This document shows positions 18,415-28,349 of a DNA stretch of 64,000 nucleotides, piece after piece (within the stretch, counting starts at the first letter, position 1; each line of letters opens with the position of its first letter). Under the pieces are notes generated by a model. It was not told where the DNA came from, did no database searches, and worked only from the letters and a program-made list of their open reading frames with translations. A program made the position numbers and the translations under genes. This DNA comes from a virus (taxonomy: Duplodnaviria; Caudoviricetes), in the IMG/VR virus record IMGVR_UViG_3300025018_000148, positions 7,094 through 71,093 of that record; one strand, 5' to 3'.

Positions 18415-19443
18415 TTACTCGAAAAAGCGGTCGGACTCTCGGATGTCCTTCCGGATGATTTTGGTGGTGTCTTTCAAGCCCCCGGCTCCGGTGGTTTCCG
18501 AAGGCAGATCACCCAGTTCACGTTGCAGCTTGTCGATGGAATCGGCAACCAACTTCTTGCGCTCGGGGGTCGCCGACTCATTGAGCGGGTCGTTCAACTC
18601 CTCCTGATATTTCATGAGTCCCTGAAGACGGGTCCGCTTCTCGGCGACAGACTTGTCTTCGAGTTCTTTTTGGGCGAGGGCTTGTTTCCTTTCGCCCATG
18701 TAAACCGAAAGTTTCTTGGGGTCTACGCGCCCCTTGTCGTCCACGAGTCCTTCTTCGAGAACGTTCCCATCGGCATCGGTGACCCCGAAGATCTTCGACT
18801 CCGAAATCCCTTCCGCGAGAAGAGCGTTGACCTCGGAAGCCGTCTGCGATTCTGAGATGACCCGGCGAAGAGCTTGCTTCGGGGTAGCGGTTTTGGAATA
18901 CTTGTCGTAAAGCTCCCGTTGTGCCGGAGACATTTGTTCATAGGCATCCTCAAGTTCTTCCTGATCCCGGAAGCCCTTCTCATCCTCCCGGAGAATGCCT
19001 TCCTGTTTGCGACGAACCCGGAAGTCACGGTTCCCCTCCCTGCGCCGACGTTGAAGTTCCATCTCGGCACCACGATCTGCCTCGGCATCGGCAAAGACCC
19101 CTCCCTGCACTTCGAGGAAATTCGACACGGCAGCATCAAGCGATGCGTTGGGGTTGCGTGCAAGAATGTCCTGCACCTTCGTCATATACTCGGGGTCGTT
19201 AGCGGGGTCCAGTTGGGTCAACTGGGACATGGCAAGTTGACCCTGTTGGAGAGTTTGCTCCTCACGACGAAGCTTGTTGAATCGACTCCGAGTCTCAAGT
19301 AGTTGGCTCTCGGTGTTGGCCCGGTCGGCGGTGAGGCGATTCGCTTGCTCAAAGCTGACTGCGTTCCTCCCAAATACGGAAGGAGCCGAACGCCCTCCGA
19401 CGTTCGGAACCCCCTCAAGAAGTTCATCTAGTAGGTCCGCCAT
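18415..19443 (-). CDS. Probable internal virion (ejection) protein
   Basis: Helical, charged 342-aa protein directly upstream of the giant internal protein. Confidence 0.55.
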   Translation of the reverse strand: MADLLDELLEGVPNVGGRSAPSVFGRNAVSFEQANRLTADRANTESQLLETRSRFNKLRREEQTLQQGQLAMSQLTQLDPANDPEYMTKVQDILARNPNASLDAAVSNFLEVQGGVFADAEADRGAEMELQRRRREGNRDFRVRRKQEGILREDEKGFRDQEELEDAYEQMSPAQRELYDKYSKTATPKQALRRVISESQTASEVNALLAEGISESKIFGVTDADGNVLEEGLVDDKGRVDPKKLSVYMGERKQALAQKELEDKSVAEKRTRLQGLMKYQEELNDPLNESATPERKKLVADSIDKLQRELGDLPSETTGAGGLKDTTKIIRKDIRESDRFFE

Positions 19444-19446
19444 GTG

Positions 19447-20439
19447 TTAGCCTCCAAGAATACGGGTGATTCGGTTACGGGGTTTGATACCTTCCCGAAT
19501 GTCGGGCAAGGTTGCCGACTTGAAACGGCGACCTTCGGGGTCGAGGGACTCGGTTCGGACTCCGGCCCGCGCACGATTCTGAAGACGACTCATTGCTTCT
19601 TCCCTGCCGAACTCCGCTTCCTCCCTCTGGAAGATTCGGAAGTCGCTTCCCTCGGAGTAAAGTTTCTTTTCCTCTTCGTCGAGGTCTGCGAGTTTGAGCG
19701 TTCCGGCTTCGACCGCATCATAGAGTTCGAGAGAACGAGTGGTTCGATTCACCCCTTCACGAAGCGCCATGGACTCGGGGGAGAGAACCTCGGCTCCCGA
19801 AGCGGTCGGGGTAGGTGCCGGAGTCCGGGGACCCGAAGAGCCCCTGCCAATGACGTTCCCTGAAGCGTCACGAATGATCCGGTCGCCGGTCTCCGGGTCG
19901 GTCTCGGTTTTGACCGGCGCGAGACCGGGGGAGCTTGCGACATCGTTGGAGGTTCTGGTGGAGAAAACCGGGTTGACCCCGGTCCCTCCCATCTGGCGAT
20001 ACCGGCGATCCACGACCCCTCTCGCCTCTCCTTCATACCTGCCTCCATCGTCCGCTCCGGCGATCACCACGGGTGCAGACCCTCCCGTCCCAGTGGTAGG
20101 AGCACGCCGACTGTCAAGAAGACGTGACCCCGCATAGTTGAAGTCGTGATTGGCGGAAGGAATGCCGGTCATTTGAATCCCGGCAGCACGACCTTGGTTG
20201 AGAAGTTCAATGGCTTCCTGTCCGGCAGCGGTGTCCCCTTTCCGAAGTCGGCGATTGAGTCCCCGGAAAGTTCTTTTGTAGAGATTGCGCTCTACCCGTT
20301 GATCGTCTGCGAGACGAGACACCGCATCCCGGCGCTCCAGCAAGGAGGGCGAGTCCACGGTCAAGGCTCCCTCGGCTCCGAAGGATCTGGTGGAGGGGCT
20401 GACTGCCAGTGCCCCCGGTTCTCCGAATCGTCTTGCCAT
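19447..20439 (-). CDS. Probable internal virion (ejection/pilot) protein
   Basis: Start refined to ATG 20439, 4 nt after the upstream stop; Gly/Arg-rich; position in the ejection cluster. Confidence 0.55.
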   Translation of the reverse strand: MARRFGEPGALAVSPSTRSFGAEGALTVDSPSLLERRDAVSRLADDQRVERNLYKRTFRGLNRRLRKGDTAAGQEAIELLNQGRAAGIQMTGIPSANHDFNYAGSRLLDSRRAPTTGTGGSAPVVIAGADDGGRYEGEARGVVDRRYRQMGGTGVNPVFSTRTSNDVASSPGLAPVKTETDPETGDRIIRDASGNVIGRGSSGPRTPAPTPTASGAEVLSPESMALREGVNRTTRSLELYDAVEAGTLKLADLDEEEKKLYSEGSDFRIFQREEAEFGREEAMSRLQNRARAGVRTESLDPEGRRFKSATLPDIREGIKPRNRITRILGG

Positions 20440-20443
20440 GGTA

Positions 20444-21397
20444 TCACATGATGTTGTCGATGCCTCCCACCCCCGGACCCCACGGTTGGAAGTCCAGTTG
20501 CTCTTGCGCACCACCTTGGTAGTGGGAAGCTTCTTCGTTCAAAAGATTGATGCCTGCTCCAAAGTATTCACGAGCCTTGCCCATGGAGGAGTTCTCTTCG
20601 AAGTCGAGAGCATACATCCCCAGTTTGAGCGCGGACAGATTGCCGGGGAAAAGCCAGTCCTCCTCTGCGACCACCGGCACGGCACGACGCTTGCAGAGCG
20701 CGAGCACGGATTGGGCTCCGAGATCGAGAACCCGATAGGCTCGGAAGAGCGGCTTCTTCATGAAGGCTTCCGCTCGAAGCAGCACTGTCGAACTTGCGGT
20801 GTGGGACAGAGTGACGGGTCCGGCAGTGATCGGCTTTTGGATACCCTTGACCCCCGAGTATACGATGCTTGTAGCGACAGTCGTCCCGGCGAGGGTGACT
20901 TCTTCGCCGGGGGTCCCGGAAGAATCAACCACCCAGTTCCCGTTGGAGTCATACCCAAGGACCCGCACTTTCTTGTTCTCGTCCACGGAGGCGACGGCGG
21001 AGAAGGTCAGGGTGGAAGCGGTCGAAGGGAAACTCGCTTGCACTCCGAAAGACCCAAGATCCATGAGGGTTCGAAACACGCTCCCTTGGGCATCGACTTC
21101 CCCGACACCGTCGTAGGCAAACTGATAGCGATCCCCTTGAACGACGGCGGGAGTCTTGTCGAGGTTTGCATTGATGACCGACTCCAGATAATAGGGGAGG
21201 AAGAAAGTTTTGTCTTCCGACACATCGATCCGATACGTGGCTCGGCTCCCCACCCACTTCTCCATGGTGTGATACCGCTCAATGACTTCATTCAACCTGA
21301 CGAGGAACGCCGGATCGGACGTGTCGTTCGGGAAGAATTCGTGGGCGAATCGCTCTCGGGCGTCCGCGACAGTGCTGTTGGTGAGACCGAGATCCAT
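20444..21397 (-). CDS. Probable head-tail adaptor/tail tubular protein
   Basis: 317 aa; helical N- and C-termini flanking a beta-rich core; position in the tail module. Confidence 0.45.
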   Translation of the reverse strand: MDLGLTNSTVADARERFAHEFFPNDTSDPAFLVRLNEVIERYHTMEKWVGSRATYRIDVSEDKTFFLPYYLESVINANLDKTPAVVQGDRYQFAYDGVGEVDAQGSVFRTLMDLGSFGVQASFPSTASTLTFSAVASVDENKKVRVLGYDSNGNWVVDSSGTPGEEVTLAGTTVATSIVYSGVKGIQKPITAGPVTLSHTASSTVLLRAEAFMKKPLFRAYRVLDLGAQSVLALCKRRAVPVVAEEDWLFPGNLSALKLGMYALDFEENSSMGKAREYFGAGINLLNEEASHYQGGAQEQLDFQPWGPGVGGIDNIM

Positions 21398-21431
21398 GAT
21401 GTTCAGATACTACCGTGTCGAAAGAGATAAA

Positions 21432-22814
21432 TCAAGAAGAAGGAGCGTGGACCCACACGGGTCCAAAATTTTCCCGGTTCCCCTGCGTCGGAGCGTCTTG
21501 TGCCGGAACTCCGGTGTGGATACATCGCTCCCAAGCAAAGTGCCAATCGAAGGTCCCCGAGATTATGAGGCTGGGGTCGGTGGAAGGAACCCACACTGAC
21601 TCATACCCTGCCACGTTGATGCCAGTGGATGCGCCGTAGGTTTGGTCAAAGATGGAACTGGCGTCCGGACCATAAGGATACGTGCGGACATCGAAGTCGA
21701 ACTCCGGCAAAGACCTATAATAGTATGAGGGGTTCCCGGAGTAAAAGCCAGCCGCTTCCAACTGGCAGATGTCTTTGTGCACTTGGCAAAGCTCGAAGTC
21801 TCCGTAGAAACCTTGAATCTCCAAAAGCGCAGACGCACTCGACCCGAAGTCAATCTCGGAGGTGTCGGAACTGCTTTGATCGTAGTAACATTCGAAATGC
21901 CAATATCCAAAATGGGAAAGGTAAACAAGCTGGGCTCGCAGCCAAACCGACAAACTGCTTCTCTTCGCCCCGGTATAAGAGTCCCAGTAGGTAATGAGGG
22001 GAACGTCTTCTTCCAGAGTCTCCGAGTAATAGGTGACTCCGGTGTCAATCTCCCCCGAGCTATCGGCTCCCTCGTCATGGACCCAATGCAGGAACGCATA
22101 CGGGGTGTTGCCCTGTGGATCTCCGTTTCTCGCACCTCTTCCTCCGAAAGGATTTCTTGCGTTGTTATCGTGGTCTTGACACAGCTTCCACGCCCATCCA
22201 GCATGTCGGTGCCCCAGACGAAACTCCTCCGGGTCCCCATATACCGGGGAACTCCATGGCACCCCTTCCGGGTCCCACGAACGATTCTGGGTATTGAATT
22301 CCCAAGCAATGCGATCAAGGTATTCTGGAGAAGGTTCTAATTCTAGGGGATACTCTCCACCGTTGCCCTCTGGAGGATTCTCCAACATTTCCATCGACTC
22401 CGTGGCAGGCACATAACTGGGACTGTAAGTGTAGCTGAAAACTTGATCCTCGATGTCCGCAGAATGACTCTCCGACCCGACCTCGTTCGAGAACGAAAAG
22501 TCCAGAGAGTGCCGGGTCTGTTGCCAGAATTGAATCATCTCTTGAGGAATCCGTGTGAAGTCCCCCTTAAAGAAGTAGGGAGAGTTTTCCAGAACTGCCT
22601 CCGTCACCAATTCGGTCCCTCTGCCGTAGCGGTATAGAGTGGACGAAGGGTTCACAGCAATCGCGCCCCGAAGCTGGGTGTGTGCGCTGCATGGGTGAAT
22701 CGCCTTCCTCGTCTCCCCCGAGGTAAACCGATAGGGGTGTGGTGAAACAGGACGCGCTCCGTAGACCGGCCCCGCCCCATACATGGGAATGAAATCTCGA
22801 AACTTGCTTGCCAT
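21432..22814 (-). CDS. Putative virion tail protein
   Basis: 460 aa, aromatic-rich; coupled operon in the tail module. Confidence 0.55.
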   Translation of the reverse strand: MASKFRDFIPMYGAGPVYGARPVSPHPYRFTSGETRKAIHPCSAHTQLRGAIAVNPSSTLYRYGRGTELVTEAVLENSPYFFKGDFTRIPQEMIQFWQQTRHSLDFSFSNEVGSESHSADIEDQVFSYTYSPSYVPATESMEMLENPPEGNGGEYPLELEPSPEYLDRIAWEFNTQNRSWDPEGVPWSSPVYGDPEEFRLGHRHAGWAWKLCQDHDNNARNPFGGRGARNGDPQGNTPYAFLHWVHDEGADSSGEIDTGVTYYSETLEEDVPLITYWDSYTGAKRSSLSVWLRAQLVYLSHFGYWHFECYYDQSSSDTSEIDFGSSASALLEIQGFYGDFELCQVHKDICQLEAAGFYSGNPSYYYRSLPEFDFDVRTYPYGPDASSIFDQTYGASTGINVAGYESVWVPSTDPSLIISGTFDWHFAWERCIHTGVPAQDAPTQGNRENFGPVWVHAPSS

Positions 22815-23668
22815 TATGCCAAAGGAACCAGCACCGGAACTGCGATGCGGGAGTTGTTAATATCAGGATTGTGAATACCCCAGATCATCACGGACTGAGG
22901 CGAACGATTCAGATGCTTACCCCAGATAGTTGCGGTGATCTGCGCACCATAGTCCCCCGAGCCGATGACTCCGGGAAAGAACTCCCATAGGGGAAAGAAT
23001 GCCTCGGTCACTTCCTCGATGAAACCAACCGTTGCCGTCTTGAAAGTCTTCGGGTGCTCGGTCCACTTATTGCCACTCTTCAACTCCACGGTGGGTGTGT
23101 CAGAAGCGATGTTGGAGAGCTTCAAATATACGAAGGTATTCGCGGAGATGTCGAGGGGGTCGTCGAGGTTGTCGATGGTCACCTCGGTATCGAGATCCCC
23201 GAAGCTCCAGTAAATCTTTCCGGGGTAGGTGAGGAAGTAATCTTCCGCTTCCCCGTCGAACCTGATGGACCAAGGAACTCGGGGAAGCACAGTCTCATCA
23301 CTGGCAAGCGTCATGCCCGCCTTGGATTCTCTGGCTCCCTGCACGGTATACATTCCTCGGAAACCCGAGATTCTTGCTCCACCAGAAGAGGAGAAAATAG
23401 TCTTGTCCTGACTGGAGGCGATCTCCCCCTGCACGACTTCCAGCAATGCGGCGAAACGGGCTTCCGGACCTTGTGCCCCTGACAAAGCAGCTTCATAATT
23501 GTCGGCGATCTCGCTGAACACCGACTTGGCTTCCGGAAAAGCAGGAGCCTCTTCGGAGACTCCGTTCAATCCAACCGGACGAGTCGCCCCCAACTTGCCA
23601 GTCGTCAGCCCCCCGGTTTTTAATCCTCCGGTCAACAGCCCGCCACCCGCTTGTTTCTTGATCGCCAT
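22814..23668 (-). CDS. Putative virion tail protein
   Basis: 284 aa, coupled to both neighbours. Confidence 0.55.
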   Translation of the reverse strand: MAIKKQAGGGLLTGGLKTGGLTTGKLGATRPVGLNGVSEEAPAFPEAKSVFSEIADNYEAALSGAQGPEARFAALLEVVQGEIASSQDKTIFSSSGGARISGFRGMYTVQGARESKAGMTLASDETVLPRVPWSIRFDGEAEDYFLTYPGKIYWSFGDLDTEVTIDNLDDPLDISANTFVYLKLSNIASDTPTVELKSGNKWTEHPKTFKTATVGFIEEVTEAFFPLWEFFPGVIGSGDYGAQITATIWGKHLNRSPQSVMIWGIHNPDINNSRIAVPVLVPLA

Positions 23669-23669
23669 A

Positions 23670-25787
23670 TCAGGAAGGTTTGCTCACTAGAACTCTCTCG
23701 GCTTTGAAGCCACCCCGGTAAGGGGTCTGCGTGTAGGAGGCTACAATAGCTGCGGGCCAATCCACATAGTTGGTCGCAGGAAAAGTCTTGGTAGTGGTAG
23801 TGTAAACATACTTGGGGTGGTTGGTCCCGATTACCTCCGTGATCGTGATGGATGGGTGCAAGCAACTGGGGATCGAGAAACCGCGAGTCAGGGGGAAATC
23901 GAAGGACATGCCCTCGGGCATCATCGCGGCATTGGCACTGACCGCAATTGGGGTCTTGCTCCAAGACTCGGTGATAACCGCATTGCAAGGACCTGAGTAT
24001 CCCTCTTTGAGGGTGTAGTCATACCCGAATCGATCAAGATACTCCACCCCGTCCCGATGCGCCTCGACTGCAAAAAACTGAATCGACCGGAGAACCGCAG
24101 GCCAAGAGTAGTTTACCACAGATTGATAGCTTCGGGTGTTGCCTACCAAACCCGTGGACTTCCTTGTGGTCTTGATCGAGAAGAACGGATTGATCGGCGT
24201 GATCTCCGAGTAGTTCCCGTTCGCATCCACGTCAGACCCGGCAGTTCCGGCAGGCACGATCTCCTGCCGCTCCCGCAACACGAGCCCGGTCTCGGGGTCG
24301 AGAGACCAACCTTCCAACGGATTGATGGTCAGCTTCAGGAAGGTGTCTCCCTTCTGGTGGATCACCTGATTGTTCCCCGAAGGACCGACGTTGGAAGACA
24401 TGGTTGCCCCGACCCCGTCGATGGGGCTCCCGCCCACTGCGGGAAGACCGGCGCTATTTTGCACCGGCTGACTCGACACCGTCATCTCCCGCCTGCGGAT
24501 GAATTGATTGGGGATGTTGGCGTTGTGGTCTAGGCTCTTCGCAGCGAAGGCGGGACCGGGGAAAGCATCATAGGTTCGAACCAGTGCCAGTGACGCCGGA
24601 TTGTCTACCGGGTTGTCCATGGTCTCGTCGGTCAACAGGAGCGACGTGAAGCCATTCACCGGGCAACTCTCGTATTCTGGAGTCGCAACCCAATCTTCAC
24701 GAGGATGGGGGATTCTCCAGACAAGCCGCAGGTGTGCCGAAGTTCCATAGGGGCGGGTCACACGATACCCGAAGGATCTCAGGAAGGAGAACTCCTCCTC
24801 GTCCGTCAAATTGGGGATGCGGTCATAAGCGACCTCCAGCTTGACGTAGATGGAGTCGAGGCTGTCGTTGAAGCGGGTCACTCGCTTGAAAGCATACACG
24901 GAGTCGATGTCATCGGGGTCGGAAAGAGGAACCTCCAGAGTGGGGAGTGCCGACCGCAGCACGACATACTCCCGGATGGTCCTCGGGTAGTCCTCGTTCG
25001 CTTGGTAGGGGTAATCGTAGGAGGCATTGTAGGCATCCTGTTGTGCCATCGAAGGGACAGCATCATACTTGCGCTGCACCAGAATGTATAGTGACTCGAT
25101 GATCTGGTCCCCCACATTCACCTCGCTCTCCTCGAAAAGACGGGCGTTCTGGTAGATGAGATCTGCGGACTCCTTCACCAGTGGTTGAAAATCCTGACGG
25201 GGGAGAATCAAGGTCCTCGTGAATCTGGGGTTGGTCCTCAGACCCCCGTAAGGAAAAGTTTTTTCGATGTTGTGGATCAACTGCTCCGCGAGAGACGGCA
25301 CCCGGTCATAGATTCTCCGGACTGCAATGAACAAGGAATCGAGCTTATCATTCCCGGTTGTTACTTCAGTTTCAAATACGAGCTTTGCTCCCTTGAAGCG
25401 GAGAAACTCTGTGGGGGTAGCATCCCCTTCGTCGAGGGGGTGCTTGGTTCCCTTCTCCACCGGCTCGTAGTTGCTCCGACGAAGCAGGAAAACACAATCA
25501 TACCGGGGGGCATTGGTGAGCCCGTTGTAGGGGAATGAAACGTCCCAGTTATGCTTCGCCTGATCCTCCCGGTCAGCCGCATAGAACCACCTCTCCATCC
25601 CCTCGGCATCGTGGGGCTCCACGAAGACCAACTCGTGATTCGGGTAGTCCTTGCCGGGGTAGGGCGTCCCATACTCAGGACTCCTATACTTGGGCAGCTT
25701 GCGGTCAACGACAATGTAGAACAACACGTCTCCCGCTTTCGGGGAGACGTGGGTGAAAACCGGGAACCTATGTTGGGCTTCAGCCAT
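23670..25787 (-). CDS. Putative tail protein with internal ~80-aa repeats
   Basis: Three copies of PY.....PR....L.R.........D.L.S.YI.V.R.YD.VP. Confidence 0.6.
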   Translation of the reverse strand: MAEAQHRFPVFTHVSPKAGDVLFYIVVDRKLPKYRSPEYGTPYPGKDYPNHELVFVEPHDAEGMERWFYAADREDQAKHNWDVSFPYNGLTNAPRYDCVFLLRRSNYEPVEKGTKHPLDEGDATPTEFLRFKGAKLVFETEVTTGNDKLDSLFIAVRRIYDRVPSLAEQLIHNIEKTFPYGGLRTNPRFTRTLILPRQDFQPLVKESADLIYQNARLFEESEVNVGDQIIESLYILVQRKYDAVPSMAQQDAYNASYDYPYQANEDYPRTIREYVVLRSALPTLEVPLSDPDDIDSVYAFKRVTRFNDSLDSIYVKLEVAYDRIPNLTDEEEFSFLRSFGYRVTRPYGTSAHLRLVWRIPHPREDWVATPEYESCPVNGFTSLLLTDETMDNPVDNPASLALVRTYDAFPGPAFAAKSLDHNANIPNQFIRRREMTVSSQPVQNSAGLPAVGGSPIDGVGATMSSNVGPSGNNQVIHQKGDTFLKLTINPLEGWSLDPETGLVLRERQEIVPAGTAGSDVDANGNYSEITPINPFFSIKTTRKSTGLVGNTRSYQSVVNYSWPAVLRSIQFFAVEAHRDGVEYLDRFGYDYTLKEGYSGPCNAVITESWSKTPIAVSANAAMMPEGMSFDFPLTRGFSIPSCLHPSITITEVIGTNHPKYVYTTTTKTFPATNYVDWPAAIVASYTQTPYRGGFKAERVLVSKPS

Positions 25788-26203
25788 TATTCAGCTTCGA
25801 GGGAGTCGAGGTTCTTGAGACGCTTGGACATCTGTTCCTTCTCGTATTCGAGAGTTTGGCACCGCTTCCGAAGTTTCCGGTTGTCCTCTTCGAGAGCTTC
25901 GATTTCTTTTTCAAGTTTTTCGAGCCGTGCGTTGAGATTCTTTTCAATGGTCTCGATCCGGGTGATGAGCTTGTCCCGCTCTTCGAGAAGCTGTTTGTTC
26001 CAGTCGAGAGTTCGATTCACGATCTCCATGTGCCCGGAGATCTCCACGCCCTTCGCTTCGGCACGAGTCTTCCTGCGGTTCAAAAGCGCCACGAGGAAAC
26101 CTCCACTGAGGAGACCCCCCACTGCGGTGGCGATAGCGACAATAGCTTCGGGTGGCAAGCTGCTCATGTCCGGGTTATTCAGGAATGCAGGTGGAGTCAT
26201 CAT
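25787..26203 (-). CDS. Membrane-anchored coiled-coil protein (lysis/spanin- or holin-associated)
   Basis: TM segment IVAIATAVGGLLSGGFLVALL followed by a heptad coiled coil; start refined. Confidence 0.6.
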   Translation of the reverse strand: MMTPPAFLNNPDMSSLPPEAIVAIATAVGGLLSGGFLVALLNRRKTRAEAKGVEISGHMEIVNRTLDWNKQLLEERDKLITRIETIEKNLNARLEKLEKEIEALEEDNRKLRKRCQTLEYEKEQMSKRLKNLDSLEAE

Positions 26204-26516
26204 CGAAATGCTCGCGGACCCTTTCATTGAAAGTCCGAATGACTCGCCGATGATGACTAAGCAAAAGGGTGGAGCCAAAGGCGTAGCACACGGCTTCACA
26301 AGTAGGGAGAAGCATAGCGTCGAAGAACCACACCCAGTCCCAGTGGTCAAGAAGATAGGTGCTGATTCTCTGAAGGGCATTAAAGATGAGTCCTGCTCCG
26401 AACCATAGGAAAGAGACCGGTGTCTCCAGGAACTTGAGAGCCACCATGCCATACACGAAGACCGCGAAGAACGCAGCGAAGATAGCGACAATATGTAAAA
26501 CGTGGGGCGCATTCAT
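26175..26516 (-). CDS. Small multi-pass membrane protein
   Basis: About three hydrophobic segments in 113 aa. Confidence 0.6.
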   Translation of the reverse strand: MNAPHVLHIVAIFAAFFAVFVYGMVALKFLETPVSFLWFGAGLIFNALQRISTYLLDHWDWVWFFDAMLLPTCEAVCYAFGSTLLLSHHRRVIRTFNERVREHFDDDSTCIPE

Positions 26517-26562
26517 TAGGGTAGTGTTGAGAGGGGCAGGTTATCCTACCCCTCTCATTGAA

Positions 26563-26805
26563 TCATTTGTTCGCGGAAAAGTCGATCATTCTCGTGGCAC
26601 GAACCTGTCCGATAAAGGACCAGATGATGCCGATAGCGGTCACGATCTCGTCCCAGTTCTCGAACACCATTGCGACAAGCCCTGAGACGGCTTCCGTGTT
26701 GACTTCCCACCCGAACAGAGCGGAAAGAATGTTGGCGATAATGCCGATGGCGGCAATCAGGAGTCCCTGAATCCGGCGACTTTCAAGTGGTCTTTTGGTA
26801 TCCAT
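26563..26805 (-). CDS. Holin-like protein
   Basis: MDTKRPLESRRIQGLLIAAIGII...VTAIGIIWSFIGQVRAT pattern with 2-3 TM segments; A/C leader before ATG 26805. Confidence 0.65.
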   Translation of the reverse strand: MDTKRPLESRRIQGLLIAAIGIIANILSALFGWEVNTEAVSGLVAMVFENWDEIVTAIGIIWSFIGQVRATRMIDFSANK

Positions 26806-26847
26806 AGTAGTTTGGGGTTGTTGCGTATAATTGATCGAGTCTTTCAA

Positions 26848-27462
26848 TCAAAGGCTTGCCGGGGATTTCCACCTCCCCGGATAGGTATTCTCGGCCCACG
26901 CGAGATCCCGGTCAAATCGTTCCCTCACCAAGGCATCGGTCTCGGCATCGTAATATTCTGTGAAATCCCTGCGGTCGGTCTTGTTGAAAGCCCCGAGTCT
27001 AGGCTCCTTGATGCCGATCTCCCGGCACGCTTCGCTGAACCCCGCTTCGAAGTCCTCGTATAGGTAGACTCTCTTGGTGATGCTTTGCCAATTCGTGTCG
27101 CACACCATCCACAACTGGTTGCTCCATTCCCGGTCGAGAGGATCGTCTGCAACCGGACCAAGCATCCAGTCCCGGAAACTGAGCCGCGAGGCTGCGACAA
27201 CGTGTGGGGAACGTTCGTCCGGGTAATACTGCTTCCTGAACTCGTAGCTCGACACCATGCGATCCCAAGGATTGCGAATGAACGCGAAAGAAAACATCTC
27301 GTTCCACAGATCGACTCCAAGCCGATCCCGATAGATGGTCGCTTGGTCGTGATCCTTGACAAACGGCTGACAGTCCTCCCACTCGGCGAGAGCCTCGCAG
27401 ACAGACGTGCCCCCCGCCTTGTTGACGTGGATAAAGGCAAAGTTCTTTCGGAGAGAAATCAT
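26848..27462 (-). CDS. Sulfotransferase family 2 protein
   Basis: FAFIHVNKAGGTSV (5'-PSB loop) and FAFIRNPWDRMVSSY (3'-PB); ATGA overlap with the upstream gene's stop. Confidence 0.85.
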   Translation of the reverse strand: MISLRKNFAFIHVNKAGGTSVCEALAEWEDCQPFVKDHDQATIYRDRLGVDLWNEMFSFAFIRNPWDRMVSSYEFRKQYYPDERSPHVVAASRLSFRDWMLGPVADDPLDREWSNQLWMVCDTNWQSITKRVYLYEDFEAGFSEACREIGIKEPRLGAFNKTDRRDFTEYYDAETDALVRERFDRDLAWAENTYPGRWKSPASL

Positions 27463-28349
27463 GCACGTAGAGAGGGGTTGGAACGCAGGACTGTGCGAGC
27501 CCGTGCCGCAGCACGTTGCGCGGAAATTTTCAGGGCCCCCACATCCATTCGGCGGGAGGGCTCCCCGATGTGTTGATGGAAGGACCTGACGGCATTGTGA
27601 GGTATGACAAATCGCCACTTGCCCCAGTTATGCAGGGGAGAAAAATAATCCGTCGTGAAGACCCCCGGCACCATGTCGAGGCACCCTTGCTCGTAGAAGC
27701 CTCCTGCTCCTGACAAGTAGGCATTCGTCCACCAAGCACAGAATTCTTTCGACCGGGTCAACAACATCCCGGCATTGAATTCCCCATCACGATGCTGCAA
27801 CAACCCTCCCCCACGATCTTGAGGCATGATGATGTCGCGTCTACCCCAGTAAAAGGGGGACAGCACAACGTCGGCGAAAAAATTTCTCCCGAGGTTTGCT
27901 CGGAAAGTCATGTCGCAATCCACGAGAAGAACCCCGTCTCGGAAGTCTTCGGGTAGCTCGCCCACTCGTTCTGACAAAGCTCTCAACTTCCATAGGATAG
28001 GGAGCGGTTGCCAGTATTCAGAGTGCTTGGCGACTCTGTCCAAAGACACCTCTTGCGAAATATCCCAAACTTCATGCACCACACAATTCTCGACGAAAAG
28101 TTCCTCGGCAATGGCGAGCACTTCCTCCGGGTGGTCCGTATAAACGTGGATCGTTTTTCCCGGAAAGGTTACCCGGACAGAAGGAAGAAACTCCCGCATC
28201 TCGTGGATGAGTTCCCCCATACACACTGTCACGATCTCGGCCAACCCCATGGGTAGGTTCGATCCAACCCTCGGAGGCACCGGGGCGGATCGCGGTCTCG
28301 CGGACGGCGGAGCCGGTCGAGATGTTGATACTGGAGTCACTTCGATCAT
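27459..28349 (-). CDS. GT-A glycosyltransferase-like (nucleotide-diphospho-sugar transferase)
   Basis: IHVYTD, LLVDCDM (DxD), FNAGMLL, YEQG, HN motifs; ATGA-coupled to the tail fibre stop. Confidence 0.7.
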   Translation of the reverse strand: MIEVTPVSTSRPAPPSARPRSAPVPPRVGSNLPMGLAEIVTVCMGELIHEMREFLPSVRVTFPGKTIHVYTDHPEEVLAIAEELFVENCVVHEVWDISQEVSLDRVAKHSEYWQPLPILWKLRALSERVGELPEDFRDGVLLVDCDMTFRANLGRNFFADVVLSPFYWGRRDIIMPQDRGGGLLQHRDGEFNAGMLLTRSKEFCAWWTNAYLSGAGGFYEQGCLDMVPGVFTTDYFSPLHNWGKWRFVIPHNAVRSFHQHIGEPSRRMDVGALKISAQRAAARARTVLRSNPSLRA

